A stretch of DNA of 64,000 bases from Fidelibacterota bacterium (lineage in GTDB: Bacteria > Fidelibacterota > UBA8477 > JABMPR01), in the NCBI GenBank assembly GCA_016844955.1, contig JAERTH010000039.1, positions 4,874 to 68,873 on the forward strand, in the 5' to 3' direction. Below, piece by piece: positions 30,497 through 40,853 of this stretch (positions within the stretch are counted from its first letter, which is position 1; each line of letters begins with the position of its first letter). The position numbers and the translations under genes were made by a program. The notes below the pieces were generated by a model. That model was not told the DNA's origin. It searched no databases and saw nothing but the letters and a program-made list of their open reading frames with translations.

Positions 30497-31540
30497 TTAG
30501 GGTGTGGCATCTGGAAAGAGGGCTCGTACCACACTTTCTGCTACAATTCGTTTAGGGGCTTTGACCATATCTTCGACGGGAAGGCCAATTTCAGAGTAAA
30601 TCTTCTGGCATTCCAACTGACTTTCTTCCTCAGTCAGACCTTTAGAATAGAGGTTTACACCCAAAACTTTGGCGGGTTTAAATGGCTGGACTAAGGCTTC
30701 ATGAAGGTTGATCACCGTGGGTAAATCAGGGAGTGGGAAATCATAGTCATCCACAAGACGGCTGGGTTGATGAGCCAGAATAAAGGCGTCCGGCATACAT
30801 CCATGGAGTAAACCCATGGTCACACCACTATAGCCCATATGCGTGATTGCGCCCTGCCCTTCTACAAGTATCAAGGGAGCTTTGCCATCTACTCTATCGA
30901 TTTCCGCCTCAATTGAACCATTTATGAAATCAGAAACAACGGCATCAACGGCCACTCCTCTACCAGAAATCATCATACCTGTCTGGCCGGTACCCACAAA
31001 AATGGAGTCCAGACCAATTTCCTGTAAATGGCGCTGGAGGGTGAGAGATGTGGTCATTTTCCCGACGTTGGAATCAGATCCAATGGTGAGGATCACTTTG
31101 GATTTCCACTGGCGCCAGTGTCCTTGAGCTACTTTTAAAGCTGGTGGTGGTTTTCTCACATCCCAGATGAGATGTTTATATGCTTCAAATGCATCAATAT
31201 TTGCTAAAAATTGATGTAAACCCGACCAGATTTTTATACCGTTCTCCAGGGCAATTTTCAGCTCTGGAAACCAGGCAGGATCAGCAGCTCCACCGATAGG
31301 GGCAATTCCAATGGCCAGGGTATCTGGCTTATATGCGAGGGCTTCACTCATGTGCGCCACAATGGGAATGGGGCCGCCATATCCCAGCACATCCTGTGCG
31401 GTTTGGCCTGCTTTGGTAGCATCGATAATGACTTGCACTTCATCATTCCGAAACAAGATCAGTCCGTTGGCAGTCTTACTGGCCAAAGCATGTAAATAAT
31501 CTTGAGCATATAGGGCGAATCGACGTTTGGTTTGGGTCAT
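30497..31540 (-). CDS. DUF1611 family protein (DgcN-like)
   Basis: Rossmann-like N domain plus P-loop-like GSDSNVGKMT, TGQTG, DAVVSDF, EGQG, LLHG. Confidence 0.85.
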   Translation of the reverse strand: MTQTKRRFALYAQDYLHALASKTANGLILFRNDEVQVIIDATKAGQTAQDVLGYGGPIPIVAHMSEALAYKPDTLAIGIAPIGGAADPAWFPELKIALENGIKIWSGLHQFLANIDAFEAYKHLIWDVRKPPPALKVAQGHWRQWKSKVILTIGSDSNVGKMTTSLTLQRHLQEIGLDSIFVGTGQTGMMISGRGVAVDAVVSDFINGSIEAEIDRVDGKAPLILVEGQGAITHMGYSGVTMGLLHGCMPDAFILAHQPSRLVDDYDFPLPDLPTVINLHEALVQPFKPAKVLGVNLYSKGLTEEESQLECQKIYSEIGLPVEDMVKAPKRIVAESVVRALFPDATP

Positions 31541-31553
31541 AAATCTAAGATTT

Positions 31554-32330
31554 CTAGCGATTTTTAAATTCTGGTTTTCTACGTTCTAAAAAGGCTGTTG
31601 CCCCCTCAATTCGGTCTTCAGTTTTGAAAACATCCCGAAAAGCCTCTGCTTCACTGATCAATCCTGCTTCAAGCGATTTTCCAGCACCTTCATAGACTGC
31701 CTTGAGTGTGTATGCTTGAGCCTGTGAACCTTGTGATAGAATCAATTGGGCAATTTCCTCAACTTTTGGAATGAGTGTTTCAAGGGGAAAGACACCATTT
31801 ACCAATCCCATTCCAAATGCTTCATCAGCTTTGACCATCCGTCCTGAAAGTAGCATGTCTAGGGCTCGGCCATTTCCGATGAGGCGAGGTAGGCGCTGGG
31901 TTCCACCGTATCCGGCAATGACGCCCAGTTTAACTTCGGGTTGACCGAATTGTGCATTCTCAGCTGCATATCTAAGATGGCAAGCCAGGGCTAGCTCGCA
32001 TCCTCCACCCAGGGCAAAACCATTGACTGCAGCAATAACGGGTTTGGCACTTGCTTCAATGAGTGAAAATACGGTCTGTCCGCGTTTAGAAAATGCCAGA
32101 GCCTCATCCGGACTTAGTGCTGGGAACTGACTGATATCGGCACCAGCTACAAATGCTTTTTCACCGGAACCAGTGAGGATGATTACACCGACTTCCTCAT
32201 TGTCTTTAAGCTGCAGAAAGCAGTTTTCCAATTCATTCAAAACATTGGCGCTAAGCGCATTCATCTTGCTTTCCCGTGTGATGGTAACTGTCGCTATTCT
32301 ACCCTTCAACTCCAGTTTGATATTTTCCAT
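31554..32330 (-). CDS. Enoyl-CoA hydratase/crotonase
   Basis: AFVAGADI, GFALGGGCELALAC, GQPEVKLG; ATG 32330 overlaps trkH stop (TGATG) after GGAGG. Confidence 0.92.
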   Translation of the reverse strand: MENIKLELKGRIATVTITRESKMNALSANVLNELENCFLQLKDNEEVGVIILTGSGEKAFVAGADISQFPALSPDEALAFSKRGQTVFSLIEASAKPVIAAVNGFALGGGCELALACHLRYAAENAQFGQPEVKLGVIAGYGGTQRLPRLIGNGRALDMLLSGRMVKADEAFGMGLVNGVFPLETLIPKVEEIAQLILSQGSQAQAYTLKAVYEGAGKSLEAGLISEAEAFRDVFKTEDRIEGATAFLERRKPEFKNR

Positions 32331-33826
32331 CAGGACCTCCAAAAATGGCGATTAAATAATACGACAACGGTGAGAACTTCAAGGCGACCCAGCATCATGA
32401 CAAAGGCCATCGCCCATTTCTCGAAATCACTAAAAAACGAATAATTATCGGTGGGACCAACATCTGCAAGACCAGGACCAATGTTACATAACATGGAAAC
32501 TGAAGCTGTAGTGCTGGTCACAAGATCATGCCCAAAACCGGTGAGGAAGAAGGCAAAACCTACAAAAATAACCATAAAGAACAACAGAAAGGTGGTGGTA
32601 TTACGCACGGCGTCATCATCCACAAACTGGTTCCGAAGCTTGATAGGGAGGTAGGCCCGGGGATGTATCATGCGGCGGAGTTCGGTAATGGCCATTTTGG
32701 TAAAAAGCAAAATCCGAATCGCCTTAATTCCACCTCCGGTTGACCCAGCCATTCCGCCCACAAACATGAGCCCAAAAAGCATGAACTGTGCATAGTTGGA
32801 CCATTGTTCGAAATCAGCAGTGGCAAATCCGGTAGTAGTAATGATGGAAACAACCTGGAAAGCTATCTGGCGCAGGGGCTGTGCCTTGAGTGCTTGAATA
32901 ACCTCTGTATCAGAATGATAAAATGAAGAGATGTAGAGATCTGCCACTATAACAGCCAATGCCATTCCCATGATGCTCATCCAGAATTGCCACTCCCTGC
33001 TCTTCAGGTAGCGAAAAAACTTTCCATGGAGGCCAAAATAGTGAAGTGAAAAATTGGTACCAGCCAGGATCATAAAAATAATGATAACCCACTCTACATA
33101 CGCACTTTGAAAATGTGCAACCGAGGCGTTCTTGGTAGAGAATCCTCCAGTGGCCATGGTGCCAAAGGTATGACATGCAGAGTCAAACCAATCCATGGGT
33201 CCCAGCCATAGTAAAATGAATTCTATAACTGATATGAGTGCATAAACCATGTACAACAGTTTGGCTGTTTCAGATATGCGAGGAGTGATTTTATCACTTA
33301 CCGGTCCCGGTGCTTCTGCTGCAAACAGCAGGGTTCCACTCCTGCCAGCCAATGGCATGACGGTAACGGTAAAAACAATGATACCCATACCACCCAGCCA
33401 GTGGGTAAAACTTCTCCAGAACAGAATGCCATGAGGTAAACTCTCAATATCCGTAAGGATGGAAGCACCCGTTGTAGTGAATCCTGACATGGCCTCGAAG
33501 AAGCAGTCCGTGTAAGATAGTCCTGAAACAAAATACATGGGAAGCGCACCGAAAAGTGATGCCGAAACCCAACTCAGGCTAACGCTGAGAAACACCTGGC
33601 GGGGTGCCAGAATATGGTTGTGTCTGGTAAAAATATAACCAAGACCGCCAACTGACAAAGTAATGACCATGGCTTCGAAGAGGGCCATTGCGTCACCATC
33701 GCCATAGGCCAGGGCAACAGCCAGGGAAAGCCCCATGGATGCCCCGATGAAGAGGGTCAGGGCTGCCAACACATTTAGCGTTGGTAACAGGCTGAATCGT
33801 TTAGTTGAATAGTGCTTCGACATCAC
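32330..33826 (-). CDS. trkH: Trk potassium uptake membrane subunit
   Basis: FEAMSGFTTTG, WLGGMG, ATGGFS, GSTGGG, NIGPGL pore-loop motifs. Confidence 0.96.
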   Translation of the reverse strand: MMSKHYSTKRFSLLPTLNVLAALTLFIGASMGLSLAVALAYGDGDAMALFEAMVITLSVGGLGYIFTRHNHILAPRQVFLSVSLSWVSASLFGALPMYFVSGLSYTDCFFEAMSGFTTTGASILTDIESLPHGILFWRSFTHWLGGMGIIVFTVTVMPLAGRSGTLLFAAEAPGPVSDKITPRISETAKLLYMVYALISVIEFILLWLGPMDWFDSACHTFGTMATGGFSTKNASVAHFQSAYVEWVIIIFMILAGTNFSLHYFGLHGKFFRYLKSREWQFWMSIMGMALAVIVADLYISSFYHSDTEVIQALKAQPLRQIAFQVVSIITTTGFATADFEQWSNYAQFMLFGLMFVGGMAGSTGGGIKAIRILLFTKMAITELRRMIHPRAYLPIKLRNQFVDDDAVRNTTTFLLFFMVIFVGFAFFLTGFGHDLVTSTTASVSMLCNIGPGLADVGPTDNYSFFSDFEKWAMAFVMMLGRLEVLTVVVLFNRHFWRS

Positions 33827-35153
33827 TTACTCTTGCAGCTCTGGCAAAAACAATAGCTCTATCACCCGCCTGTATTACACTGCTACCTGTGGCTATCTCC
33901 TCACCCTTGGGTCGAATGATTCCACCCACCACTGCATCCGGTGGAAAGTCAATATGCTGAAGTGGAACGCCAATAATTTTACTTTCTGGAGCCGGGGATA
34001 GTTCAATTACCTCTGTGTCAATGCCTTCCAGCATCATCACGGAATGGACCTGCCCTCTCACCACGTAGCGCATAAAGGCATCCACTGTGGAAAGATTCTT
34101 ACTCACTACAGAGTTAATACCCAAACCCTTCACCAGAGATAAGTAATCTGGAGTATTGATATGCACAATTACCTTATCAACACCCTTTTTCTTGGCTATC
34201 AATCCGGCAAAAAGATTGGTTGTCTCATCATCTGTAAGTGTGATCAGGGCATCGAAATCACTGATGCCTTCACTCTCAAGAAAGTCGATATCCAGACCAT
34301 CTGCATGTAAAAGCAGCACGTCAGGAATTTCCTGTGCGGCTTTCAATAGTTTTTCTTTACGATGGTCAACCAGACGGACATTGAATTGATCCTTCAGGTT
34401 GTCTGCTACCATGCGACCCAATTTTCCAGCTCCCATGATAAGCACTGTTTTAATCAATTTCTTTTGCTTAAAACCACACATACGATACATGTCTTTGAGA
34501 TTATCCTTCAAACAAACCACAAAGATTTTATCTCCGGGGTTAAATACATGATCTCCGCTAGGTATAATGGTAGTCCCATCTCGATCAATAGCAACCGTAC
34601 GAAATGGCAAGTCGTCATAAGTCAGCCCTAATTCGCGTAGGGATTTATGCATGAGGTCGCAGTTATCTGTAGGGGTCAGTGCAACCATATAGACCCGGCC
34701 GCGATTGTAGGTCATAATTTCCTGCGCGGTGGCGTGTTGCACGAGGTGTTGAATTTCACGGGCAGCAATTTGCTCCGGGTTAATCACCTTTTCGATACCA
34801 AGTTCTTGCAAATCCAGAAGTGCATCTTTTTTCTGATAGTCTCCACTGCGAACTCTGGCTAAAATTTTTGCGTTGGGGTTCATCTTTTTGGCTTTCATTG
34901 AAGCCACAATATTAATCTCGTCAATCCGGGTCACTGCCAGGAATAGATCCGCACTTTCAACCTGCGCATCCATTAAGGTATTTGATTGGGCACCATGACC
35001 ATGGATCGCCAGGGCATCCAACTCCTGTTTGGCTCGGGCGACTTTTTCAGCATCAATATCAATAATGCTGATATCATTGCCTAATTCAACCAGGGTCTTG
35101 GCCAGATAAAATCCCACACTACCGGCACCAACGATGACGATTTTTTTCTTCAT
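33801..35153 (-). CDS. trkA: Trk potassium uptake regulatory subunit
   Basis: Two RCK N/C repeats with GAGSVG and GAGKLG. Confidence 0.95.
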   Translation of the reverse strand: MKKKIVIVGAGSVGFYLAKTLVELGNDISIIDIDAEKVARAKQELDALAIHGHGAQSNTLMDAQVESADLFLAVTRIDEINIVASMKAKKMNPNAKILARVRSGDYQKKDALLDLQELGIEKVINPEQIAAREIQHLVQHATAQEIMTYNRGRVYMVALTPTDNCDLMHKSLRELGLTYDDLPFRTVAIDRDGTTIIPSGDHVFNPGDKIFVVCLKDNLKDMYRMCGFKQKKLIKTVLIMGAGKLGRMVADNLKDQFNVRLVDHRKEKLLKAAQEIPDVLLLHADGLDIDFLESEGISDFDALITLTDDETTNLFAGLIAKKKGVDKVIVHINTPDYLSLVKGLGINSVVSKNLSTVDAFMRYVVRGQVHSVMMLEGIDTEVIELSPAPESKIIGVPLQHIDFPPDAVVGGIIRPKGEEIATGSSVIQAGDRAIVFARAARVSDVEALFN

Positions 35154-35155
35154 GT

Positions 35156-36181
35156 CTACCCCAACACTCTTTTTAATATTTCTTTGGCCTGGTCAAGCTG
35201 CTTATCATCAAAATCAAGATGGGTAACCAAACGTATCCGCTGGTTATTGACCACTGAAACAAGCATTCCTGAATCTTTGAACTGAGCTTCTATTTCGACC
35301 GTATTTCGCTCTGGAAATGCCAGGAGAACAATATTCGTCTGCGTCCAACTAATATCATTTTCGAGATATCCCAAGTCTCGGCAGGTCAATGCCAGGTCCC
35401 TGGCTCTGGCATGATCATCGGCCAATCGCTCAATATGATAATCCAGCGCATACATTCCAGCGGCTGCCAGGATCCCTATCTGGCGCATGCCACCACCAAA
35501 CATTTTCCTGAAGCGGTGGGCCTGATCAATGAATTCGGCACTTCCTGACAGGATAGAACCGACTGGTGCCCCCAGCCCCTTGGACAAACACAAACTGACT
35601 GAATTGAATGGCTCTGAGTATACAGCAGGGTCAATCCCACTGGATATAACGGCATTCATCAGACGGGCACCATCCAGATGCATCGCAAGATCATGTTCTC
35701 TGGCAAAATTGGCTACTGAATCAATCACGGAGAGTGGGTATACAACGCCTCCAGCCCGGTTGTGGGTATTTTCAAGGGCAATAAGTCGGGATTGTGCATA
35801 ATGATGGTCAGTTGGGCGCAAAGCTTCTGAAATCTGGCCAGGCTCCAGTATCCCATACTCTCCCAGAAGGGGATGCAATTGGACACCACTTAGTAAGGCG
35901 GGTCCCCCCCCTTCATAATTGAAGATGTGTGAGTTGTACTCACAGATGACTTCATCACCAGGCTGTGTGTGACTACGGAGGGCCAGCTGATTACTCATGG
36001 TGCCAGATGGTACATAGAGGCCAGCATCCTTACCCAGCATTTCAGCTACCCTGTCTTGTAATTGATTCACGATTCGATCTTCACCATAGACATCATCTCC
36101 AACTTCAGCCTCGTACATGGCCTTCCGCATGGCAGCAGTTGGTCTGGTTACCGTATCAGATCGTAAATCAATGAGGGTCAT
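35156..36181 (-). CDS. ltaE: Low-specificity L-threonine aldolase
   Basis: [36 protein letters not shown]. Confidence 0.93.
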   Translation of the reverse strand: MTLIDLRSDTVTRPTAAMRKAMYEAEVGDDVYGEDRIVNQLQDRVAEMLGKDAGLYVPSGTMSNQLALRSHTQPGDEVICEYNSHIFNYEGGGPALLSGVQLHPLLGEYGILEPGQISEALRPTDHHYAQSRLIALENTHNRAGGVVYPLSVIDSVANFAREHDLAMHLDGARLMNAVISSGIDPAVYSEPFNSVSLCLSKGLGAPVGSILSGSAEFIDQAHRFRKMFGGGMRQIGILAAAGMYALDYHIERLADDHARARDLALTCRDLGYLENDISWTQTNIVLLAFPERNTVEIEAQFKDSGMLVSVVNNQRIRLVTHLDFDDKQLDQAKEILKRVLG

Positions 36182-36669
36182 GGGTGAGAAATCTTCAGTC
36201 TGGCATCAGTTACTGGAATATCATATGATCTGGCATTGGGACCTGCGAAAATAACCTTTTCAAATTCCAGAGTAAAAAGGGAGGATTCAGGATCCAGGAT
36301 GCTCACGGGGATCCTCATTATCTCAGGATCTTTAGTATTTAGCTCCTCCCCGGTCATGCTAAAAATGAGAACTTTCATGGTGCCATTGGTTCGCGTTTTC
36401 GCTGTAATGGTAAATCCGGAATTGTTCCCTGTAAGTACTGGCGTCCCAACAATACCAATCGATGGCTCCCAGGCCAGAGTAAACTGAATCCCCTTTATGG
36501 CTTCATCTGTTTTGAGCAATACTGGAAGATCCACACCTTCCGACCTGGCTTCAATGCTGGTTTCAACAACGCCAAACCCAGGATTGCTTAACTCAATTTT
36601 GGCAGGTTCTCCCGAGCAGGATATCAGGAGAATCGAGACGATTAATATCAAATAATGTTTTAAATACAT
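36178..36669 (-). CDS. Lipoprotein with cohesin-like beta-sandwich
   Basis: Lipobox LISC; pattern [20 protein letters not shown] resembles cohesin domains. Confidence 0.55.
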   Translation of the reverse strand: MYLKHYLILIVSILLISCSGEPAKIELSNPGFGVVETSIEARSEGVDLPVLLKTDEAIKGIQFTLAWEPSIGIVGTPVLTGNNSGFTITAKTRTNGTMKVLIFSMTGEELNTKDPEIMRIPVSILDPESSLFTLEFEKVIFAGPNARSYDIPVTDARLKISHP

Positions 36670-36675
36670 ACAGGT

Positions 36676-38367
36676 TTATTCCCCTTGTTTGAGTAATTCT
36701 TTTGCTGCGAGGCGAGTCGTTTCCCCAGGGTCGCCATCTCCTATGAGGGTGGCAATCTCGGTGATCTGTTCCTGGTCATCCAAACGCTTGACTCTGGTTA
36801 CGGTACGATTATTTATCAAATGTTTTTCTACGCGAAAATGGCTGTCTGCCAGACTGGCTATTTGGGGCAAATGGGTGATGCTTATGAGTTGATGATGCTG
36901 CCCTAATTCTTTGAGTTCTTCGCCAACAATTCGAGCAATTCTACCCGATATTCCTGTATCGATTTCATCAAAAATGACGGTTCCTATACCATCTTTCCCA
37001 GACATGGCTGATTTGATTGCCAGCATAATGCGACTTATTTCCCCGCCTGAAGCAATTCGGGCCAAGGGTCTTAAAGGTTCTCCAGGATTTGCCTGCATCC
37101 AGAAGGTCACTCGGTCTACTCCAGTGCCATCACCCCACAATTTGTGTCCCTTGAGCTCGACAAATCCATCCGTTTGTTCTTCCTGGATTACTTCAATCTG
37201 GAACCGTGCGTGCGGAATGCCAAGGTGATTCAGCTTTCTTGCAACCAAGTCGGATAGAATGTGAGCTTCCTGAGTACGTTTCTCACTCAGTATTTTGCAT
37301 GCTTTTGAATATGCCTTTGTACTGACTGCAATAGACTGGAGCAATTCTTTCTGACTCCATTCTGGATTCTCCTGTTTCCCAAGGCGGTCCTTTATGTCAT
37401 CCCAATAGCCAAGCAACTCATCAAAGGTTCTGTTGTATTTTTGGCAAAGCCTTGATAACAGTTTGATTCTGGCTTCAACTTCACCCAGCCGGTGAGGATC
37501 TGAGTGGACTTCTTTCTCATATTCGGAGGCAAAATCAGCTATACTCTGTAAAGAAACTCGGGCAGCCAGGGCTTCTGGCAGGAAGGAAGCCGCCGTTTCT
37601 GTGTAGGTGCTCAAGTTCTCCAACTGGCTTATGATTCGATTGAGCCGTTCAATTGCTGAGCCTTCGGTGGATTCAGCTTCCTTGTATAAAGCGGAAGCTT
37701 GCTCGCTAATAGTCAGCGCATTTTCCAATATCCGACGCTCTTTTTCCAATTCCTCCAGCTCATTGGCCTGGGGGTTCACATCATTGAGCTCCTGCAATTG
37801 AAAGGCATACAATTGCATTTGCTCCTGTCTACTTGATGCTGACCGTTCCTGTTCGCGCAGTTCTCGATTCAAACTGGACAAGATCTGGTATTTTTCGGCC
37901 ACATCCCGCTTTAGCTCACTGGTTTCAGCAAACTGATCCAGAAAATCGATATGGTGTTCCTCATTCAAGAGGTATTGGTGTTCATGCTGGCCGTGCAAGT
38001 CAACTAATAAGTCACCTAATTCCTTGAGCTCCTGAACTGTCCGGTTCTGACCATTCATCCAGACTTTTGAATGTCCCTGGAGTTTAATCTCGCGCTTGAT
38101 AGTGATTATGGGTGAGTCTATCCCGAATTGTGCTAATTTTGCCAATTCAGTGCGTTTGACCTCAAACACAGCTTCGACCACAGCACTGGGATAGCCATCA
38201 CGAATAAAATCTTTAAAAGCTCGCTCACCCAGGGCAATACTAAGAGCATCAACGATCAGTGATTTACCAACCCCGGTCTCTCCTGTAATGATATTTAGCC
38301 CACTATCAAAACTGACATTGGCTTCATCCACAATGGCGAAGTTCTCGATATGCAAACTTTTAAGCAT
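36676..38367 (-). CDS. recN: DNA repair protein RecN
   Basis: GETGVGKS, HGQHEHQ, ASGGEISR, IFDEID, THLPQIA. Confidence 0.97.
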   Translation of the reverse strand: MLKSLHIENFAIVDEANVSFDSGLNIITGETGVGKSLIVDALSIALGERAFKDFIRDGYPSAVVEAVFEVKRTELAKLAQFGIDSPIITIKREIKLQGHSKVWMNGQNRTVQELKELGDLLVDLHGQHEHQYLLNEEHHIDFLDQFAETSELKRDVAEKYQILSSLNRELREQERSASSRQEQMQLYAFQLQELNDVNPQANELEELEKERRILENALTISEQASALYKEAESTEGSAIERLNRIISQLENLSTYTETAASFLPEALAARVSLQSIADFASEYEKEVHSDPHRLGEVEARIKLLSRLCQKYNRTFDELLGYWDDIKDRLGKQENPEWSQKELLQSIAVSTKAYSKACKILSEKRTQEAHILSDLVARKLNHLGIPHARFQIEVIQEEQTDGFVELKGHKLWGDGTGVDRVTFWMQANPGEPLRPLARIASGGEISRIMLAIKSAMSGKDGIGTVIFDEIDTGISGRIARIVGEELKELGQHHQLISITHLPQIASLADSHFRVEKHLINNRTVTRVKRLDDQEQITEIATLIGDGDPGETTRLAAKELLKQGE

Positions 38368-38758
38368 TTATTCTAAATCGCTCCAGGGCAGGAATCTTCA
38401 TCAGCAGGGAGAAAGTTATGATGGACAGAATCACACCAAACACATCTGCCACCACATCATCAATAGTACCATATCGTGAAGGTACAAAATACTGATAGAC
38501 CTCATCACAAATAGCTGAGAGTGCACCCAACCCGACTGCCAAACGATATGAGGCTTTTAGTTCAATCCGTGGTTTATCCCGGAGCATGGCCCAGATCAAG
38601 GTGACACCATAAAAGTGATATTCAGTGAAGTGTAAAACAAAATCCTTCACACCCCAGGTATGATTTACCACGAATCGTTGGTTTAAGCTCGACAGCGAAA
38701 ATATTAGAATCACATAGAGAACAGCAGGTGCATAATATTTAATTCGGTATGTCACCAT
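38360..38758 (-). CDS. VanZ-like membrane protein
   Basis: Hydrophobic; HFTEY, DEVYQYFVPSR, DVVAD. Confidence 0.8.
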   Translation of the reverse strand: MVTYRIKYYAPAVLYVILIFSLSSLNQRFVVNHTWGVKDFVLHFTEYHFYGVTLIWAMLRDKPRIELKASYRLAVGLGALSAICDEVYQYFVPSRYGTIDDVVADVFGVILSIITFSLLMKIPALERFRINA

Positions 38759-40289
38759 AAACCTTCAGAGCATGGGGCAATACTTCTACTATATCACTGG
38801 CGTTCAGTCCTAACACTCCCTTATCTGCACGGCCCAAGTCAGCCGCTTTCCCGTGTATGAACATGGAGAAGCTCAATACTTCAGGTAGTTGTGGCCACTG
38901 TGACCAGAGGGATGCACAAACCCCAGTGAGCACGTCACCGCTACCTGCCGTAGCCATACCGGGGTTGCCAGTTGAATTTATGAAGACTTTTCCATCTGGG
39001 GCAGCTATGAGAGAAGGTGCTCCTTTTAACAGGACGTGTACCTGGAATTCCTGCGCAAATTTTGTAGCATCTTCCCAGGTTGGGACATGCTCCCTTTTTG
39101 CAGATATTAATCGTTTAAATTCTCCATGATGGGGAGTTATGAGTGTTGGTGCTGATCTGTTTTTTAGTAGATCCAGGTGTCCAGTTAAACAAAACAGGGC
39201 ATCCGCATCAATAACCAGTGGTTTATTGATGGAACCGATGAGTTCGCGCGCAAGATTCATGGTGTCCCCATGTCTCCCCAACCCAGGTCCCAAGGCGACA
39301 CAATCCGCCCACTCGCCTCCGTCTTTGAGCTGTAGGAGCGCTTTTTCCGCAAAACTATGCGTCTCCGTTTCCGGCAAGTACTCCACAATTGTTTCCATGG
39401 ATAGGGTTTCAGCTATGTTCCCCAGTGATTCGGGGATGGCCAACTTTACCAGGCCAGCACCTGATCGCAATGCAGCAGATGCGGCCAGGAGTGCAGCCCC
39501 TGTATAGCCACGGGAACCGGCTATAATGTAAACTTTGCCTGCAGTATATTTATGCGTGTCGGCAAATCTTGTAAAAGCTGATGCTGGGAAGTCCCATCGC
39601 TCCAATTCATTTAGAACAGTTTCATCAAGCTGATCGAGACTGTTGTCTGGAAATCCGATATCTACTGGAACTATCTTGCCAGATTGACTTCGCGCTGGTT
39701 CAAAAAGACAACCCTGTTTGCCAAATCCCATGCTCACAGTCAAATTTGCACGTATACAGGGTTCTAAAATACTCCCCAAGTCACCGGTAACCCCGGAAGG
39801 CACATCCACAGCGATAATGGCGGCCTGACTGGTATTACACGCGTTAATTAAATCATCATAAGGGGCGCGAATGCTGCCTTTGATTCCGGTACCCAGCAAG
39901 GCATCCACGATGATTGTAGCATTATTGATCAGATCGTTTTGTGCTGGTGTATTGCGCCAGGTCTCTCCAGTTTGACCCAGAGATTTCAAGTTAAGATAAT
40001 GATGAAGTGCATCGCCTTTCAGACTGGATTCAGAAGCAACTCGAATGAGGTCAACCTGAAATCCTCTCTGAATCAAATCTGCAGCAACCACATATCCATC
40101 ACCGCCATTGTTACCATGACCGGAAAGGATGAGAATACTCGGTGAATCATTGAGATAGCCATGCTGGTCCATTTCCTGGACAACAGCAAGCCCGGCGTTT
40201 TTCATTAGAGTGTCGCCAGGGAGTCCACATGTGTTTATGGCGAAATCATCGACAGCTCGGTTAGCTGCCATTGAAAGGAAGGCTCTCAA
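38739..40289 (-). CDS. nnr: Bifunctional NAD(P)H-hydrate epimerase/dehydratase
   Basis: LMKNAG, GNNGGDG, VDVPSG, GPGLG, DADAL, TPHHGEF, MATAGSGDVL. Confidence 0.96.
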   Translation of the reverse strand: MRAFLSMAANRAVDDFAINTCGLPGDTLMKNAGLAVVQEMDQHGYLNDSPSILILSGHGNNGGDGYVVAADLIQRGFQVDLIRVASESSLKGDALHHYLNLKSLGQTGETWRNTPAQNDLINNATIIVDALLGTGIKGSIRAPYDDLINACNTSQAAIIAVDVPSGVTGDLGSILEPCIRANLTVSMGFGKQGCLFEPARSQSGKIVPVDIGFPDNSLDQLDETVLNELERWDFPASAFTRFADTHKYTAGKVYIIAGSRGYTGAALLAASAALRSGAGLVKLAIPESLGNIAETLSMETIVEYLPETETHSFAEKALLQLKDGGEWADCVALGPGLGRHGDTMNLARELIGSINKPLVIDADALFCLTGHLDLLKNRSAPTLITPHHGEFKRLISAKREHVPTWEDATKFAQEFQVHVLLKGAPSLIAAPDGKVFINSTGNPGMATAGSGDVLTGVCASLWSQWPQLPEVLSFSMFIHGKAADLGRADKGVLGLNASDIVEVLPHALKVYGDIPN

Positions 40290-40293
40290 AGGG

Positions 40294-40653
40294 TCAGGAC
40301 TCCAGAATTGCGAAAGCGATGGCCATGGAGTGTTCGTGTGAAATGGTGACTAAACAGTTTCCCTGTATTTGGATGAGAAAAGAGACCATAGGCCTCCCCT
40401 CCGTATCATTTAAAATTTCTATATCTGAGAAGGGGATAATCTTATTATAGCCACCTTGATAGACAGCTTTCGCTATGGCTTCCTTAGCTGCAAACCGTCC
40501 GGCAAAATGAATTTCTGGGTGTTCCTTGGATTCGCAGTAGGCAATCTCGCCCTTGGTATAAACACGCTTTAAAAAGCGTTCTCCATACTTTTCACGCAGC
40601 CGACTTATACGACTGACTTCTACTATATCACTGCCTATTCCTCTGATCGCCAT
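40294..40653 (-). CDS. acpS: Holo-ACP synthase
   Basis: GIGSDIV, FAAKEAIAKA, ISHE. Confidence 0.96.
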   Translation of the reverse strand: MAIRGIGSDIVEVSRISRLREKYGERFLKRVYTKGEIAYCESKEHPEIHFAGRFAAKEAIAKAVYQGGYNKIIPFSDIEILNDTEGRPMVSFLIQIQGNCLVTISHEHSMAIAFAILES

Positions 40654-40794
40654 GGGTGTTTAATTTATACCTTGGCAGGGGAGGGAAAAGCGGAAATTTC
40701 GTTCTCTTCAATTCTCCGTACTTGGGTTGAATTCAAGTTCATTTTCCTTAAAATTCGCTGCATTCGAAAGGGAAGCATGGTTTCCTGGTCTGAT

Positions 40795-40828
40795 AAATAA
40801 AAAAGGCTGCCCATTGGACAGCCTTTTT
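40795..40828 (-). terminator. Intrinsic terminator after TPR gene
   Basis: Minus strand AAAAAGGCTGTCC-AAT-GGGCAGCCTTTTTT. Confidence 0.8.
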
Positions 40829-40853
40829 AAAGGGTTGTTTATTGTAAAGGGGA

